From the NCBI GenBank assembly GCA_002633005.1, contig NMRA01000400.1, positions 344,476-408,475 of the forward strand: a DNA stretch of 64,000 bases. The letters are read 5' to 3'. Shown here in pieces: positions 14,977 through 29,041 of this stretch (positions are counted from its first letter, which is position 1; the number at the start of each line of letters is the position of its first letter). Source of the DNA: Phoronis australis (taxonomy: Eukaryota > Animalia > Phoronida). The notes beneath the pieces were generated by a model. That model worked only from the letters and a program-made list of their open reading frames with translations. It was not told the DNA's origin and ran no database searches. The translations under genes and the position numbers were made by a program.

Positions 14977-15120
14977 ACGTGAGTTCAGTAGACGCTAGGA
15001 CCTACGCTAGAACCTAGCTAAAACCTAGTCAAAGTCACGTGTTCTCATTTAAAAACATATCTCACGTAATCTCGCGAAGTCTTGCTTTTTAGAGAAGTCC
15101 TATCGTTACTGAACGGGAGG
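14977..15120. mobile_element. 144 bp hairpin MITE-like element (CWG TSD), copy 1
   Basis: Subterminal inverted repeats GTTCAGTAGACGCTAGGAC...GTCCTATCGTTACTGAAC with CAG on both sides; second copy inside the DIRS RT at 35022-35163. Confidence 0.82.
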
Positions 15121-15402
15121 CAGGCTTAAGTTGACTTTGTGGGTCTCCCCATGTTCTTACGCTGAAAACATGAATGTAAGTTCTTTCCAAACCTCTCAAC
15201 AAGGAACAACTTAGAGTCAATTCTATATCGACAAGTGGTCTCTCACTCGTGTAGAAACCACCAATTTCTCCCAACTGCAAAAGATATTTTATTGGGTTAC
15301 ACGTCACTAGGGAAGCATTCTATGGGATGCGAATGCTAAATGTCATTATAAAGTTCACTTTATGTAAAAACTTCATGCCAGTTCTTCCGCTAGCCACGTA
15401 CA

Positions 15403-15578
15403 ATTGACCTATCGCAAGGCCCACCCCCTAGCGAAATGTCGACAAACAAACAATAAGTGTTACCCGGCAACGTGTTGTTTGTCGGGTAAAATGGTGGCTT
15501 GGAAACGAAGGTGTGTCAAGAATGCTGTGTTCTAATTGGTCACTTAAACCGTCACTCAAAGTCCTGGCGATAGGTCAA
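15403..15578. mobile_element. ~175 bp element, copy 2 (inverted relative to 7951-8126)
   Basis: ATTGACCTATCGCA...GGCGATAGGTCAA; the body aligns by eye with the reverse complement of copy 1. Confidence 0.75.
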
Positions 15579-18500
15579 AATCTTATCTATGTTGTAAAAA
15601 GTAAATATGTGATTCGTGTGAACATTTATTTGCCGAAAAAATCGTCGCAGCTCATATGAGCATACAAAAGCGGTCCCTAATCTAAAACCACGAACTGGTT
15701 CAACACATGCGTAGGTCGTAATGTATTTAGTGATAAATTGCAAGCCTGTACGTGTGTCATTTCGAAAACGTACATGAGAATACTTTCATCACAGCCATAC
15801 ACGTCATTTTTAACACACGACATGGAACACGTTATATGACTGATTTGAATACATTAAATCAGCGTCAATTTGCTGTTTTTGTCTACGATTCCTTCCCAGT
15901 CTCTAATTGGTACTTGAAACGCCTTCGCGCGCCCAAGGCAGTTATTGGCAATGATGAACGGTGAGGGTTTTCAGACAGAAATAATCAATACGAAATTAAC
16001 ACGCTGTCTTATCGAGTTTCAAAATTAATTGCCTAAGTGATGCAATTCGTTGCGTTTTATAATAGACACAATTTTTGCTCTACTTGAAACCACTTGTAAG
16101 TGGACGAGTTTGATATATAGCATGTCAATTCATATTTTACGAAGTCTCTCACACGTCACCAAAGGTAAGTTGACGAAACTGGTTACGCTCCGGTAACATA
16201 GTTTAAGCCGAGGGTGGCGCTGTGTTCAGGTGGACTGTGAAAGTAAAGGTGACGATGAGGTCAATACCCAAGAACATTATGTCATTGACCATTGTATTAT
16301 GTAGGATCCAAGAAAAAGTTCCAATTGTGGCCAACTTCGGAACATCGTATTTCAGGAATAGCTGATCGGATTAACTCGAAACTTTCACATAGGCCTGCTA
16401 TGTTTTAAAAAAACCGGTCTCCAAAAATGCTATTAGAATGGTCTTCAAGATCTTCCACTTTTGCATGAGAGGCATTAAAATAAGACTTTTACGATTCTTC
16501 TGAAAAAAAATCCAATTTTCGTAAAACGAAAACGAAACGATCATTTAGAAAACTGTAATTGCGTGTTGGAGGTTTTATCTTGAACATGATTGCGTAATTT
16601 GGTCATAGTATTGATGCTGTTGTTTCACTATGAATTTGTTTTCTCTTTCATTGGAAATTTTTCCTAAAATGCAAAGTCAGGTAAGTTAATTAGGGACAGA
16701 TTGGTAAAAATCAAAATTCAAATTCCATGGTATTTCTGTTGTCATAAAACGTATACTTTTGCTGAGTTCAATCATGTAGTGTTATAGATACTTCATAATG
16801 ACAGTGGTAATGATCCAATAATTGAAGCGCTACACCTGTGTGTAACTGGTCTCACAGAATAACAGAATAAACAAAACTAAAGTTGATTATGATAAAGACT
16901 GCTACCTCAGCAATATGATAGCGCTTCTGTAGATGAATGAGGATTCTGATGAAAACGATGAAAACAACTAGACAAAAACAAGTGAGCAATGGCAATTCGC
17001 ATGAGAAAACTTTGCACAAGCTCTGACGTTATCTTAATGTTTCATGTACAGAGCATTGGCTTGCTATCAAGGCCTACATGTAATATCCTGAAAAGTGGAT
17101 GTATGTAAGCTTTCCCAAAACGCTTCCATGTACAGGATAAATAAGCAAAAGCCTGACTGCTGTTTGACGATGTAAATTGATGCGCTGACGTTGTTATCGA
17201 TTGCTAAGTGCACATCGGCGTAGAGTGATGAGAAATTACATCCCATCCTCAAAGTACTTAATATTATTTATCGTTCCCATACACACTCCCAGATGAAGTG
17301 TCGGTGACAGCCCCGTCCAGCACTAAATGGCTGTCGTTGCTTTCAAATAATGAAGAGAAAAGTCATAAATCGTTAATCATTGACTTCAGAACAATAGAAA
17401 ATCAGCTAAGCCTATATAGGATAACAATTATTGATATTTTCCGTATCTACACAACTGTGAAGTGCTTCAAGGGTTAAAAGTGGTTTCAGAAAAAACTCAT
17501 TGATTCCGTATTCTTAAAGCGACATTAAACCCACATTCCAACACTGAAAGCAATTTTTTGATTAAGACCACTTGCCGTTGTGCAGCTGGTCAAGAAACTT
17601 TCCTTAGTCGAAATATGTGTCATTCCTGAGTTTGAAAAGAACGGGTAGCGTATTATTCCTTTAGTTGAGACTCTAGACGCTTACTTGTCACAACGCGTCA
17701 TATTTTAACCGCTTACCAGTTCCTCGCAAACCCATAAATGACTCCACGAATGAGCAAGGAACAAGTTGAGACCAATTTGACAGCGGCATGTGGTCGTAAA
17801 CTAAAATTTGTGGCCTCGTTTTCATGGACATTAGCAAGTACGAACCTGCAGCGTTGGGTCTTTAAAAAGGAAAAAAAATTAAAGCGGCTGTAAACTTGAC
17901 TTCCATCCGAAAAATCAAACACTTCATTTTGGACAACTAACATTTTTTATGAAATTGGTCTCAAATCGTTTCTTAGTCAAATCGGAGATAATTTCAGGGC
18001 TTGGAAGAACTGACAGTTCGTCATTGCCTTATAAGACGGATCATGCCTGTCACTTTGTGTACATGGCAGTTCTTTGTAAACCCAGAAATCACTGAGCAAG
18101 GAACAAGTTGATACCGATGCTACAGTGGTAAACGATCTAAATTACAAGTTCACGTCTCTAACGGGACACGAGTAGGTATAGAGCACCTGCAAATGCAATT
18201 GCTTGATCCAGAACTTCGAGCATGTAAAACTAGACATGTTCATTGCAACACTCTCATTCTTGCAATTAACGAAAAAGCAATAGAAGTGTGTTCAGTAGCA
18301 GAACTGCATAGTAGCTTCTTTTGACAAGAAAAGATTGTCAGTGTTTGCTAGTCTAGTGAATTAAAAAAACTGAGATGACACTGACTTGTGAAACTATATC
18401 ATAACCAACCCATCGATGAATCGTTAAGAATTTCAATTGCAAAAGTTGCGATGTTGTTGCGCAGCTTACAGTCTTGCACCGTTTAATTAGTGAACTGTGC

Positions 18501-18867
18501 GTCACAAGCAGACAGGTCGGGTCAATCATACAGTGCGAGTGAGAACGTTTTGGAAGGATATGGAGTTTGTGAATGGCGCAACATCGTTATCAGAAAATTC
18601 CAATAACGATGGAGAACGCAGATCCGATAGCTGGAGTTCGTAAGAATGCATTTCTATTAATCGAAGAAAGCAATGTGACAGTCAGCTACCACCAGCTGTC
18701 AAATTCGAGGCTTTTTGTGAAGTAGTGCGAGACCACGTGGAAAATTTCCCTCGCATGTATGGAAATTTCACAATTGTAGCGTAATCAGAGTACTAATATC
18801 AACAATGCAGTCTAAATTTCGTTAAATAATAAACTTAAAGCATTGTTGGCATCACAGGGACACTGAT

Positions 18868-19003
18868 ACGCGTAGAATTAATAGTTTGAAATGAGATTTA
18901 ACGCGTAAAATTAATAGTTTGAAATGAGATTTAACGCGTAAAATTAATAGTTTGAAATGAGATTTAACGCGTAAAATTAATAGTTTGAAATGAGATTTAA
19001 CGC
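18868..19003. repeat. Minisatellite, 33 bp x ~4.1
   Basis: Head-to-tail ACGCGTAAAATTAATAGTTTGAAATGAGATTTA, one substitution in unit 1, no spacers. Confidence 0.95.
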
Positions 19004-19833
19004 CCATAAATCGCAGTCATTACTAGTCTGGCTAATTCAACGGTGAATTTTACAATTATTTTGTTTTGTGCAGAAAGAATAATCCCTGTTTTGAAATGGC
19101 GAATTGGTATCTTTAATTTGCTTTCTGCTATCGGCATCTAGTCCAGTTTTATTTTAGAAGTGTTTTGACAAGTCTCAAGCATTTTTCACGCATACTTTGA
19201 AATTACAGATTTTTAGAAGTCTCAAGTTAATGTCCAGTTGGCAAATTTTAGAATCAGAAGACGTGAGCCGTTTTTATCCAAGCGGAAGCAACAGTGTAAC
19301 ATCCCAGCGTAAAATTAAACCTTTAGCGCGCCACACGAATTTCATGAAGCATGCGACAAATTGGATATTACGAAGAAAATTCTCCATTAATGAAACATAG
19401 AACTGTTTAACTTGTCAATACCAGGGTTATCAACGTCTAAACGCCATTATTTGTGTCGATGGCTCAAGTTTAGCGATAGGGAAGTAAATAAGCTAAGACT
19501 GCAGTTCAATAGTGTATTCCGCAACCACAAAAACGATACAGTCGCCGTCTTATTGTCCAAACTAAGACCTTTTCAGTTCTGTATTTCTCATGGACACTCA
19601 TGAACATCTATATGAAGAGATGACTAACAACATTTGAATGCGAATAGTTAACACTACCGTGTTTGAAACTACTCCAGAAGGAGAAATCTGGAATTTGAAC
19701 AGCGTGCTTAATTATATGTAAAACATTTACGTTTTATCACAGACTTTAGTACATGGATCGCCAACTCCGTATACTTTTAATGACGAAATCTGTGCTCTTA
19801 CGGAAGCAATGACGTCATTATTCACTGGCGACA

Positions 19834-20852
19834 CAGTGGCGGATCTAGGATATCACAAGGGGGGGGCAACATTTTGTCCGGCTGTAAGAATTTGTGCAAA
19901 CTGAACCACGATTGTAGATGCACATAGCACCGAATGGGGGGAGGTCGGGAGGGGGGTTTGCCCCCCTCCCGCCCAGGAAATTTTTCTGTTTTTACCTCTA
20001 AAAATCAAGCATTTTCCTTGATTCCTGAAGTATTATTCAAGAAAAAAGGCAAAAAAAAACGGAGAGCGTGTCAAACAGGGAAAACTGCAAGCATCAAAGA
20101 CTCGAACACGACCTCGCGATTAGTACGCGCGTGCGTTACCACTACACCACCACGACTTAACTTCCAATCTCGTACTAAGAGACCTACTTGTTTATGGTCC
20201 ACAGCGTTTGCGCGCGAAACCTACTTCTTTTTGTAATGCTTATTACACGTTTTATATTTTGTGCCATCGATTCTTAAAAAATTGTCGTATTTAAATAGTC
20301 TTCAAATGCCAAAAAGACCAAATCCGTTTTTCGTGTTGGCAATAATGACGGGATTGCTTTGGAAATCGTCTTATGATAAGGTTTGGCAAAGAGAGTATTG
20401 CGAGTTTCTGAGTGATTCACTAAGGCTTCGATTAAAATTCACATCTTACCAGCAGCTTCTGTTTTTTCATCGTCACTCAGGTTCCATTTTCTTTAAAAAA
20501 TGAAGTAAATTTTCTTCATTGCACAGTGGAGCAGACGACGGAAACGGAGTCGTAGTGCGCAGCGCCACTGCCGGTCGACTGGGATATCGCGGGAGATCCT
20601 ATACTTAGCCATGATGGTTCCGTTACGAATGCGCCGTGTTCCGAATTTGACACTTGAAATTGGATTTGAGCCCCCCCAAACACTAAAACTGCACACATTT
20701 AAATCTTATTTCATCCGTATGATTTTAATTACCGGGGTTAATTAACAAACTCAACATTTCCCTGCGCTCTTACTGTTTTATTTTTTTGCGGCAGCCAAGG
20801 GGGGGGGGGGNGCCCCCTGGGCCCCCTGGGCCCCCCCCTAAATCCACCTATG
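19834..20852. mobile_element. ~1 kb non-autonomous DNA transposon with 5-bp TSD
   Basis: Imperfect TIR CAGTGGCGGATCTAGG ... CCTAAATCCACCTATG; CGACA on both sides (19829-33, 20853-57); G/C-run subterminal hairpins. Confidence 0.75.
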
Positions 20853-23800
20853 CGACACCTGGCCAAATTGGCAAGTTTTATTTCCGGCAAGTACGTCGTC
20901 TGCTAATTGTTGGTTGTTGTGTCGTCACAATACACTAACCGGAAATTGAAACGCATAATATAGGAGGTGGCGCCTCCTCTAGAAAACGTCGAGTTGCGAA
21001 TCTGTTGTCTATAATCTATGGTTTTATTCAAGTTGGCAGAATATAGGACGGCATGTTGTAGGGATTTACGTCTATTCTGTCAAGAGTGTTTCGTTACAAA
21101 GTCATAATTATGACTGCTGATTAGTTTAGGTTTTACAGCATAGTTTGAGCTCTGGTTTTCAGCAACGGGCGGTTTCTCATAGAACAGTCGTGAACTCCTT
21201 GTCTAATATTATACAACATACGAGATATAAGTTTTGAAATGTTTACGAAAACATTGCCTGTTGATCAACCAACTGCGGTCGTATCAAACAATATTCGATG
21301 AGTAGCATGGACGAAATCAAGGTTATGTAGGACCTTATCGACAAGCGTGTATATTTAAACAGGTATATGCAAAATAATGGATTTTAAGTTCATAAAAGTA
21401 TATATTTTCTGAAAGAAAGAAACAGTATAATTTGATGTTTGTCTTTTTATCAAGCTTTCAATAATTGGGTCACATGACATTAGCACAAAGAGAAGACACA
21501 TCTATAGTAAAACCACGGTACCAACAATATGGCCGAATTTTGAATGTCAAAAACAATGTTACAGTATTCTACTGTATATAATCATTTCGTTTTCATTTTA
21601 TGCAAATTTTGAGATTTTCCGTGAAAATTACAAGTGTTCAATTTTTTGATAACCTCTCATACAACAGTGGAAGATTTTAAAAACAATTCCTAACAAAGTA
21701 GTGCATAACACGTAGTATTCGAAAGTTTCATATAAATCCAAGCATTCATCCAATGCCAGCCAAATTTGAACATTTTTCTAGGGTGTTACATAACCCAAAA
21801 GCATGAGTGTGTAGAAGTGGCACATATTCAAGGGCAATTAGGTTTTCGGTAAGCTAAATAATTATTCAAACAATGTCCATATTATACCAACAAGTGATTT
21901 CTCTTTTTTGTTATCAAGCAATAGCCATAAAACATATTAAAACACGCTTTGAGTTGAGTGTCGCAGTTTGTCCTAAGGATACGAACGGAATGGAATAAAG
22001 ATAGTTAACAACGACAATTTTGCATAACGGAAAACGTGCTACCGAAGTACTGCAAAAATACATTCTCTGTAAAAACGAATTTTTTACTTTGATTTCTCAC
22101 CGTTAGAAAACTATTAAGTTTCAAATAGTCCCCCACTCGGATTACACGTGATTCCTGGGACGAACCGGTAACTGTTTACGTTCGGAACCAAACCGAAGTT
22201 GGCTGATCGCTAAATTAACCCAACATGATCCCGAAGCCCAGAAATTCCATGCAGTCTGAGCATGAGACAATTTTAACAGCGACAAGTGGTCAATAGCAAA
22301 AGTTATTTTTGACATTGCTGAGTTTATAGCAGCTTCTATGAAACTACACGGCACCCTCTACAACACAGTAAAGTCTGAGACAGCATTACTGATGATTAGC
22401 AGGATGTAAAAGCCTCTTTTCTCAAAAACGCGAAAAGCTTAAAGCCAAGCTTAGCGTGATTGTGATCGTATTTTCGCAATGCTTAATGCACTGCCATACA
22501 AATTAGTTTAACAAAACAATTTCTGGATTATTGTCCTGTTGGATAGTCTAATCAACTTGACAAGATCTAAGTCATGCAAACGTTAGTTCTTTGAGGAATG
22601 AATAATACGTAATTATCGGGCATAATCTGATAAATTTGGTTTTTATCGATGCTATGATATCACCAATTCCAAGTTCTTGAACGATCGATCTCACCGGACT
22701 GAATCACCGGAGAAGGGCAAATCATTGATGACTCGTGTACTTGTCAGTACACAAGTTATTGACATAATTTCCCTAGTTTGCGCAACACGGTCTTGATTCA
22801 TAAGAACTGTAAATGTTCTGTTTGGTGATTGAAAATGAGTTACGCGGAGAATAGACTACATAAAATTGAAAATTGTTTCTCAGAAGCTTTGGTGGCTAAT
22901 AACATCTTTTTAATTGTAAGACGCACAAGCGATTAGCGAGGATTCACACCCAAATGTTAAATTAGGCTACTGACCAACTTCATAAAGGAAACACGCTTCA
23001 TGGTACACATTTGTTTCTTCAAGTATGGTAAATTTTTGCAAAGGGTGTGGTATAATTCTCCAGAAAGGAAAATTTCGTTGTTTTTGTTTAGATCGCGGCC
23101 ACAAGCACAACATCTCCGTTCATTCTAACCCGGACATGTTGCCAGAGTGATGCGTAGTCTGACCTTTGACCAAAACAGCTACGTAACGGTAGAATTGTGG
23201 GCAATCCATCACTATTGTTTACGTTTGATGAGTTCACTGATTTAACAAATTTTTAAGGTTTTGGTATTTAGACTGTAGATTTACTGTGTGCTACTTGACA
23301 AGTAGAAAATATGTCAATTGAATATTTTCAACTCATAGACCAATTCTGAGAAGTTTCAGAATCCGGTTTACACTGGGGTTCTAACACATTTTACTTTAGT
23401 AGAATGAATGTTCGTAGCTGGCGCCGTCACATAGTAGTTACCTACCGGCGACCTGTCTGTATTTGTGGACCTAGCTTTCGGGTCCGTCTTGGGCACTTAA
23501 TTTGTCAGGGTACTGGCGGGAATCTCCCTCCATTTTAGTGTTTAGTGTAGTTGGACTCTTTATGACTAACCATAAAACAAGACGAATATTATTATATATA
23601 GATTTTACACAGGTAACTGCGGTATGCCTACCCATCTCCACGTCAGATATAATAGTAACTTCTGTTCACATGGCTTATTAAGTTTCTGCGCGTATAATCA
23701 AGAAGTTGAAAAAATATAGGGCTTAAGCTTATTTACCGCTATAAAATTAGTATCAACTTGTTCCCTACTTAGATATTTTGGATTAAATTAATGTCTGGGC

Positions 23801-24515
23801 TTGGATAGAAGCCTAGCTCTGATCGCTGTTACTTGACACGGAGATCACGCTCAGTAATTCGGTTTGTCACGGCGGGTCATTTTAGGCGCCGAGTATGGTC
23901 CAAAGCAATTACGAACTGCCAGTTTGTTCAATTAAGCTCAGAAATGATTTACCAACCTGAGCAAGTTACAAATTAAGATCATGTTAATAGCCCTGGAGGA
24001 TCTGAGCCAAACTTTTTCAACAGAAGTCAGGATTAGAGCTGCTTTAAAAGATATTTCAGGAAACGTGATTTCTCTTCAACAGAGTGTTGCCACAGACTAT
24101 TGACACAATAGGCGCGGGCAATGGGACACCGCCTCGCTAAGCTACTGTTATTGACGAGCGGTATCAAAATAACTAATCGTTAAAGTTATTGTAACGAACT
24201 TGTATGAACTAGGTTTTGTGTTCAACAAACAATAGATTATGGATTTCATTCTGTCGAGTGGTAAGAAACTCTGGGTTTGGTGGTAGATCTAAACCATTTG
24301 AGTCCAGATAACGTTCCTCGACTCGAGTGCACTTAGACATGGTTGACATTTCCTTAAGGGACACGATTCTAAGAATTAGAGGAGAAAGCCTACTCGATTA
24401 CTGCTGGCTAGTCCGTTTTCGTTTATTTAAGATATAATTTAAATGGCTTACGCTACGTACAATCAAAAGCAAAATATATAGACGGAAGTAACCATTACTA
24501 ATCGAAATAACTTAC

Positions 24516-24924
24516 CTATTCCGACGCCCAGTACAATGCGCCCACCGAGCAACATGTATTTGTCAGCAGCGAATGCAGACACTAACGCTCCAACAGCAAA
24601 AATGACATCTGAAATCATGATGACGGGTTTTCGGCCAATTCGGTCGTCAATAAATCCGGCAAGGAGTGCAAAGACGGCGGCGGCTCCAATCGTCGAACTG
24701 ACGACCAATTCTTGCCAAAACGAGGTCAAAATGAATTCTTCTCGTACGAGAAGGACCGCTCCGGAGATCACTCCGGTGTCGTATCCAAACAAAAATCCTC
24801 CTAATCCGGACAACACTGTCACAACGTATACAAATTTGGCGGTGTGGAGTTTTGTCGGAATTTGGTCCACTTTAAGGTCGGTGCCTTCCCCATGCGACCT
24901 CATTTCTATTGTTCCGGGAGCCAT
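24516..24924 (-). CDS. SLC2A13: Proton myo-inositol cotransporter-like (sugar porter/MFS), coding exon 1
   Basis: ATG at 24924; LGGFLFGYDTGVISGA, DDRIGRKPVI and GGRIVLGVGIG sugar-porter motifs; ends at G|GTAAG donor (409 bp, phase 1). Orthologue versus lineage paralogue is not resolved. Confidence 0.9.
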
Positions 24925-26182
24925 GGAAGTCTTATTGGAGGACGCTTAAGTACGCGGGAACGAATAATCCGATGTACTGTTTGATCGAGTGGATCTTACC
25001 GACTGATTATCTGATGAGAAGCGACTGCTTTTCAGAGCATCAGCGTTTAATCGATAAAGGTACCAACCACGCCATCTATACGTGATCAGACGAGGCGCTC
25101 AGTACTTCTGTATTAAAAAGAGAGGCGAGGCCAAAATAACATAATTCTTTTGATAACTGTTTATTGCATCTTAAGAATTATACAGGAAGTGATACAATTA
25201 CTGCCCTCAAATCGAAAACATTTATGCAGGAACATATCAGAATTACAAGTGACAATGTCTAAGGTATAACAACATAATACAAATGATAGAAAACGGTTTA
25301 GCTCCAAATACACAGACAAACAACTATAAACGTAAAAACACACAAACGGTATATCAATGAGACTGTTAATTAAATAAAATTTAAGTTTGCTATTATAAAT
25401 GAAACAACTAAAAATACTACATCAATCAGAAATCAGACTATATTTATCATGCCAATTTTTACTTTCAACATAATCTGCTGAATGTATCTAATCTCAGCAA
25501 CTTAATTAACCACAGTACATTTACGGTTGATGACCCTACAGACAATTTTTAGGCTGATATATTCCGATTTGTTCCATATTTTAAACCAATTTAGCTTTTC
25601 TTTTAAAAATTCTTTTGAATTAAGGGTTCGAGACTTTATGAAGCGGTCGAACCGAAAATTATTTTTTCGCTTCGAAGACAAAAGCCTGGACAAAATCTTT
25701 TATGGTGCTCAGTCACCATGCTAACGATTATTCATGTCTACTTTCATACTTAACGTGAGCTTGGTTCACCCTGTATTGCTGAGTATTTCCAAAGTACATT
25801 ATAAGTTACTTACTGTGGCAAAAGGCTGTTGGGATCATTTTAGTTTGCGTATTAATTTGTACTGAGATCACTTTGATGGGTGTAAGCCTTGACTACAAGG
25901 AAAATTTTGAAACCCATGCGTTCAATATTTTTAAGAGATGCCATTTTTAGATTAATACTGAAACGTCGTTCTCAAACATGCATGTGTCATCGTTTTCTCG
26001 TTGGAAACGCTTTGGCCAAATTTCATGAACTTTCACCAAAGAAATCTAGTTATAGAAACTGCCACCAAGGGGCCAGCAGTAGTCAAATTATCTAAAAATT
26101 GACGTTGACTAATTTGATGGCCATAGAAACATATTTGAAAAAAATTAATTAAGCCCCTTTATAAAGTTGATAATATACAGCT

Positions 26183-26470
26183 GCATACTGCCCGTAGTCA
26201 GGCACCGAAAATTGCGCGATAGTATGTTTTTTCTATCGGCAGTTGCTTGAAAACAAAAAAAAACATATTTTATATTTCTTATTTTCTTAATCTGACATCA
26301 AACTGGTGAATAAGTCATTGGAAATCACTAGCAACTCGCGAACCGGCCTCCAGAGCACCTCAAAAATGGCTAAAAATCAAAGACACAAAATTGGGCATAG
26401 TGCCCGTAGTCAGGCACCGTAAATTGCTCGATGGAATGTCTTTTCTATCGGCTGTTGCTTGAAAAAAAAA
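26183..26470. repeat. Diverged ~75 bp direct repeat pair, 212 bp period
   Basis: TGCCCGTAGTCAGGCACCG...TTTTCTATCGGC.GTTGCTTGAAAA at ~26183 and ~26395. Confidence 0.7.
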
Positions 26471-28241
26471 GACTTTCTTCTGATATTGAAGTTCAATGTC
26501 CACATAAAAATTATAAATATTTTTTCTTTCCCTTTCTTTTAGATGGTTTTAAAACAACTTCACTAACTGAACCTTTTCGAACTGAAATGAGCTATTTTGG
26601 GCCGAAATATACATGATGCTTTAATTTAAAAATTCTGGCCCAAAATTTCAAATAAGCATTTTAAACAAATCCCATCAAGATGTATGTACACACGATTTTT
26701 TCTAGATCTGAGTCGGTGACCCTATAGTCGACCTTGTGGTGCTCCCGTGGAATGACAGTTTTAAAATTACCCCATCAATGTGCCTCGCCTTTTAGCCTAT
26801 TTTTCTTACAAGCGTACACTCAGGAGAATACCTTAGGTCTGCCAACAGTTCTTAAGTTCATATTAGTGCTAAAAATATACCAGACTATAATAGTGTACAC
26901 TTCTTGTTTAGAAGCAAACAGATGTCGTCAAATCGATTGTTTTTACGGGAGTCTGTCGTTCTGTAAATGTTTTATTTAATTTAGACTAACGGCATTGCGA
27001 CAAGAAAATAAAACCATCGAAACAAACATCAGATGAAAATATTCACTTATCAGTTAAGGTCATGTGACAGCAAGACGAGACCGTGGGATATCGTAACGGG
27101 ATTATCAGTTTCGAGCAGGAAGACTTATCTGTCGATCACAGTTTACACACGCAGTTGATGTCTGTTTGCGTTCAATTGACTTCCCTAAACATGTTCAATC
27201 AACAGTAAGAACCACCCTTCAGGCGAGTCAATCAAGCTTCGTTATTACGAGACATCTACCTGTTAATCCTGTTAAGTTCCTCCTACTAACGAGGTGTTTG
27301 TCGAAGGCAGTGGTGTTAAACAAAGTCAGATAAAATTCCTGTTGTGGACTGAAATTTGCTACCAGCATGTTATGCTGTCATTTAGTGTTTACAAATAGCT
27401 CAAGGTTTTGCGTATAAGTTCGTCTCGCTCTGAAGCCATTCATTAGAAATATCCTTTTAATGAAGGGGTCTAGATTTAATGCCATATATTTTGTACCCGT
27501 AAAATGCCCCGCCGCTTTCAAACTTTTGCCTGTGTCATTAAAAGACTTGCGGGTACCTAAGGCTAGCAGGAAAGTGGGCCATCTTGTCACACCAAGTACA
27601 CCGCCTTCAATATGGAGAACAAGCATGGGTATTGCAAATCTCTGGTAAATTCCCTCGGTGCAGCAATACGTTAGCACCATGTCTCGAAGGAAAGTGGAAC
27701 AAAACTCCAAATCGCTTGATGTTATTTTGCAAAGTCTATTCCTTCAAATACGCAGTACTGGTCCGTAAACTCTGAAATATTTACATGGCGGTGTCAGGGG
27801 GAACACGCGACATTTTTCAGGTTAGGCAATACATGCACGCTACCGCGGAGAAGCTCCATTCTAGAATCCAGCCCCTTGATTTTTAAGAGTCAATATAACA
27901 AACAAACCGAACAAACCACTGCAAATATAACAGGGATTTTCATATATGGATAAAGCGATTAGGTTAACAACAACCACACCAGTCAGCCATTACATTATAT
28001 TGACGCTTTTAACATGTGACCAAATGAACTCCACCTGTAGTACGATTGGATTTAACGTAATTGAAAATTAAAGGAGATGACAGAGCCAACTAATTGACTG
28101 GTGAATTTAATTTGGTTTGGTCAAAAGTTGATTCCCGAATTGGAGATGACAAGTACGTGTACCATTCTACCTCTGTAACAGTGGCGTTATTAGAATGATA
28201 TGCTAACTAACTCCGTAGTCAATTATTTGAATAAATATCGA

Positions 28242-29041
28242 TATTTTTTAATGTTTATTACGAAATCTTCAATACAATGAATATGTATTGCCCAGAAAGC
28301 GTCAAGAGGCATTGTATCTGGGTTAAATTAATACAATTATTATACACAAATGCATAAATTAAAAACTAGTGTTAAGATTACAATGACATGTAATTACTAA
28401 AATCACTAATGTAAATAAATCCCAATAAGTTATTTTACATGTATACAATTCTATCCACTCACGTAAAGAGATTTAATATTAAAAAGAAATTTTGATGCAA
28501 TTTCGAATAAACTTTATTTTCATTCGGGTTGAGTTCTTTACATCCATGTTGAAAAAAAAATTGTTATACGTTTGAAGAATATCGGAATATTTTTTGTAAA
28601 CATGGGGGTATTGTTCGAATTTTTGGAAAAGCTGTACCCTCTGCTCCTTGCATACATCACAAGCAAAGAAAACATGAGCAAATGTCTGAGTGTCTCCACA
28701 GGAACACAGAGGTGAAATAGTATTGAAACCATGTCTAAATTTCTCGTTGTTTAGGAATAGACCACATCTTGATCTGTATAGGAATATTTCTTGGTTGCAA
28801 GGAAGTTGGAATGATGTCAATGGGACTGGCATGTCTTGAGCTGTGGTATGCAGTTTAAAATTATTTTTGAGAGTAACGATTGAAGTGCTTTCTTTTATTT
28901 TCGATTATAAGGAATTCCAGTTGTTAATACAAGTTAACATCGTAGATCTCTTGAAGGCTTGGCTGAAGGAAGATGGTGTAGTGTATATTTTACTTTGACG
29001 TAGTCCCGGTCTTGTGTTAAGTCTTTTGTAAGAGTCAAATT
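28242..29041 (-). mobile_element. 5'-truncated CR1/L2-type LINE 3' end
   Basis: WNSL...STSIVTLK and SPLCSCGDTQTFAHVFFAC C-terminal ORF2 motifs; AATAAA plus A-rich tail at ~28242-28259; 12-bp TSD AATAAATATCGA at 28230-41 and 29042-53. Confidence 0.85.

Noticed and set aside
18868-19003. 33-bp repeats as a CRISPR array
   Set aside because: The units are directly adjacent with no spacers, there are no cas genes, and the context is eukaryotic; this is a minisatellite.
27378-27710. 110-aa ORF with PTFLLA...TGKS, faintly like an LTR integrase segment
   Set aside because: No other integrase motifs or LTRs nearby; the similarity is too weak to call.
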